Shown piece by piece: positions 26,672-28,671 of a stretch of 28,671 nucleotides of DNA; the first letter of the stretch is position 1; each line of letters begins with the position of its first letter. The stretch lies in NCBI GenBank assembly GCA_964490475.1, contig CAZBDD010000001.1, positions 1-28,671 of the forward strand, given 5' to 3'. The position numbers were made by a program, and so were the translations under genes. The notes beneath the pieces were generated by a model that had not been told where the DNA came from, did no database searches, and was given only the letters and a program-made list of their open reading frames with translations. Origin of the DNA: an uncultured Desulfovibrionaceae bacterium. GTDB taxonomy: Bacteria > Desulfobacterota > Desulfovibrionia > Desulfovibrionales > Desulfovibrionaceae.

Positions 26672-28042
26672 CTACGCTCCCAAAGATTTCTGTACTAATT
26701 CAGCCAAAAATTGACTATGCTCGCGTACTTTCTTTGCATTGTCGCCTTCTACCATAACGCGGCATAGGGATTCCGTGCCCGAATAGCGCAAAAGCACACG
26801 GCCTTTGCCAGCAAAGTCATTTTCGATATCGTGTATAGCTTGTACGAGTATAGGCACTTCTTTAATAGGGGGCTTTTTATCCACATGAATATTAATAAGC
26901 TCTTGCGGATAGGGGGTGAGCAAACCTGCCAACTCTGAAAGGGGTTTATCTTTATCTTGCATATGGCGTAAAATTTGAAGAGCGGCCAGTAAACCATCGC
27001 CTGTAGTGCTGTATTGACGGAAAATAAGATGCCCTGATTGTTCCCCACCAAACATATATCCGCCGCGACGCATGGCCTCCATGACATAACGGTCGCCCAC
27101 TTGTGTGCGTAATAGTTTACCACCTCTTTCCTTCATAAAGACTTCCAGCGCCATATTACTCATAACTGTGGAAACAAGGGTGTTTTGTGCAAGCTCTTTT
27201 CTTTCTAGCATGGCAGCGGCGCACAAAGCCATGATTTGATCTCCGTCTAAAATGGTGCCTTGTTCGTCCACTACAATAAGTCTATCCGCATCGCCATCAA
27301 GAGCCAGACCAATATCGGCTCGTAACTCTCGCACTTTTTCTGCCGTACGTTGAGGAAAAAGCGAGCCGCAGCCGTCATTAATATTTAAACCATTGGGTTG
27401 GTCGCCCAAAGCAATAACTTCTGCACCCAGCTCCGCAAGTGCTAGGGGGGCTACTTTATATGAGGCTCCATGGGCGCAATCAATAACAATGCGTAAGCCC
27501 GATAAAGACATATGTGCTGGAAAACAGCTTTTTGTATACACAATGTATCGTCCACCGGCATCTTCAATGCGTTTAGCGCGGCCGATTTCTTTTGCAGGTG
27601 GGTAGTCCCACGTTTGTCCTGTGTTGTCGCCGTCGTTTTTATGCATAAGAGCGGTAATGGCATCTTCTACTTCATCGGCTAATTTATAGCCTTCGGCATC
27701 GAAAAATTTAATTCCATTGTCATAATAAGGATTATGTGAGGCAGAAATAACCACGCCAAGATCTGCGCGCATACTGCGTGTCAAAAAAGCAATGGCAGGT
27801 GTAGGCAAAGGGCCCACCATAATGGCGTGCATGCCCATGGAACAAAAGCCTGCCGTTAAGGCAGATTCAAAAGTATATCCGGAAAGACGCGTATCTTTGC
27901 CAATGAGCACTTTATGGGGATGTGTGCCACGCCTGAAATAGGTTCCGGCCGCTTGACCAAGGCGTAAAGCCATTTCTGCCGTCATGGGGTAGACATTGGC
28001 CTTGCCACGAATGCCATCGGTGCCAAAGAGACGTTTTTGCAT
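26672..28042 (-). CDS. glmM: Phosphoglucosamine mutase
   Basis: [15 protein letters not shown] (phospho-Ser), DGDADR, GGEQSGH, RYSGTE. Confidence 0.97.
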   Translation of the reverse strand: MQKRLFGTDGIRGKANVYPMTAEMALRLGQAAGTYFRRGTHPHKVLIGKDTRLSGYTFESALTAGFCSMGMHAIMVGPLPTPAIAFLTRSMRADLGVVISASHNPYYDNGIKFFDAEGYKLADEVEDAITALMHKNDGDNTGQTWDYPPAKEIGRAKRIEDAGGRYIVYTKSCFPAHMSLSGLRIVIDCAHGASYKVAPLALAELGAEVIALGDQPNGLNINDGCGSLFPQRTAEKVRELRADIGLALDGDADRLIVVDEQGTILDGDQIMALCAAAMLERKELAQNTLVSTVMSNMALEVFMKERGGKLLRTQVGDRYVMEAMRRGGYMFGGEQSGHLIFRQYSTTGDGLLAALQILRHMQDKDKPLSELAGLLTPYPQELINIHVDKKPPIKEVPILVQAIHDIENDFAGKGRVLLRYSGTESLCRVMVEGDNAKKVREHSQFLAELVQKSLGA

Positions 28043-28088
28043 GTAAGATCCTTTTTTAAAGAATATATAGGGAATTTTTATTTTACAA

Positions 28089-28118
28089 AGAATAAGCGGA
28101 AGAGCTTTCTGCTGTCAA
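28089..28118 (-). promoter_or_regulatory. sigma70-type promoter for glmM
   Basis: Minus strand TTGACA (28118-28113), 18-bp spacer, TATTCT (28094-28089). Confidence 0.5.
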
Positions 28119-28514
28119 TAGAGAGTGGATGCTCATTTTTTTTGGTGAATTGGGCTGTTTTTTCATATACATGTGAAAAAAGAATCTTGTACTCTAACTG
28201 GACTTTTTTTTGATAGTATGCGTATAATATTGTGCATAGAAGAAATAAGACCTCCAAGAACGTATATGTAAAAAAAAGTTGCGCTGAGGTCTATAAATAT
28301 GGTTAGGAGGAGTGCTATCACATAGTACAAATAGTAAAGGAAACGCTGATTAAATGCTTTTTTGTTAGCTAGCTGTGTCGACACTATCTTATTAAGGTTA
28401 TACGTATGTCTTTATACAGTGCATTCTTAGTAAAATTCGTCTTCTTTGTTAGAGAATCAAAGTCTTATTCAATGCGCATTCCCTAAATTTTAATCGTTTT
28501 AGGAGACGGTTTTT

Positions 28515-28671
28515 ATGAAAGATACAAATGAAACATTTCAGTTACGGCATATTGTTTTTTGGCCTTCTTTTATAGTGGCTTTGGCAATTTTGGTGGTAAA
28601 TATCTTGGATGAACCTACATTTGCTAAGGGAGCTACAGCTGTAAATAATGTGATTATGCAAAATTTTGCTT
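28515..28671 (+). CDS. 5' part of a probable BCCT (betaine/carnitine/choline) transporter, truncated by the window edge
   Basis: AGGAG RBS at 28501; open frame MKDTNETFQLRHIVFWPSFIVALAILVVNILDEPTFAKGATAVNNVIMQNFA resembles BCCT TM1 and the following loop. Not in the supplied ORF track. Confidence 0.65.
   Translation, partial: MKDTNETFQLRHIVFWPSFIVALAILVVNILDEPTFAKGATAVNNVIMQNFA

Noticed and set aside
138..27663. Numerous antisense or alternate-frame ORFs in the track (e.g. 138-524, 1508-1900, 6003-6416, 12735-13163, 18659-19039, 24459-24800, 26749-27123)
   Set aside because: They overlap well-supported genes and show no recognisable motifs; shadow ORFs.
28180..28292. Weak family-A-like ends (AAGAATCTTGTAC, ATTGTGCAT) and an AGACCTC/GAGGTCT inverted repeat
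   Set aside because: Matches are too short or degenerate to distinguish from chance.
28163..28384. 73-aa hydrophobic ORF upstream of glmM
   Set aside because: Non-ATG start, no RBS, composition expected from AT-rich intergenic DNA.

Overview
AT-rich (roughly 40% GC, by eye) bacterial chromosomal window. Gene content and order (glmM/galU/priA/fadL/mltD/rlmB, DUF721, TPR protein) point to Desulfovibrionaceae. It holds about 22 complete CDS plus a truncated BCCT-like transporter at the right edge; I saw no rRNA, tRNA, CRISPR array or transposase. Two things stand out. (1) A putative surface-lipid/glycolipid system: a ketosynthase-less acyltransferase-ACP protein with an atypical carrier motif, in line with TolC, a periplasmic adaptor, a Wzx-type flippase and a lipoprotein, and divergent from an RkpG/WcbT-like alpha-oxoamine synthase. 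(2) Intergenic DNA full of non-autonomous mobile-element traces: an intact 152-bp MITE with a 19-bp target-site duplication, and a second inverted-repeat family at three scales (about 48 bp, 207 bp and 1.24 kb), the largest bracketing an AT-rich metallophosphoesterase gene like a cargo cassette. Smaller signals include a sigma54 promoter before an outer-membrane beta-barrel, a recurrent TGTCTAGACA palindrome, and an unrecognised secreted protein with an internal duplication. All calls are by-eye motif recognition; no searches were run.
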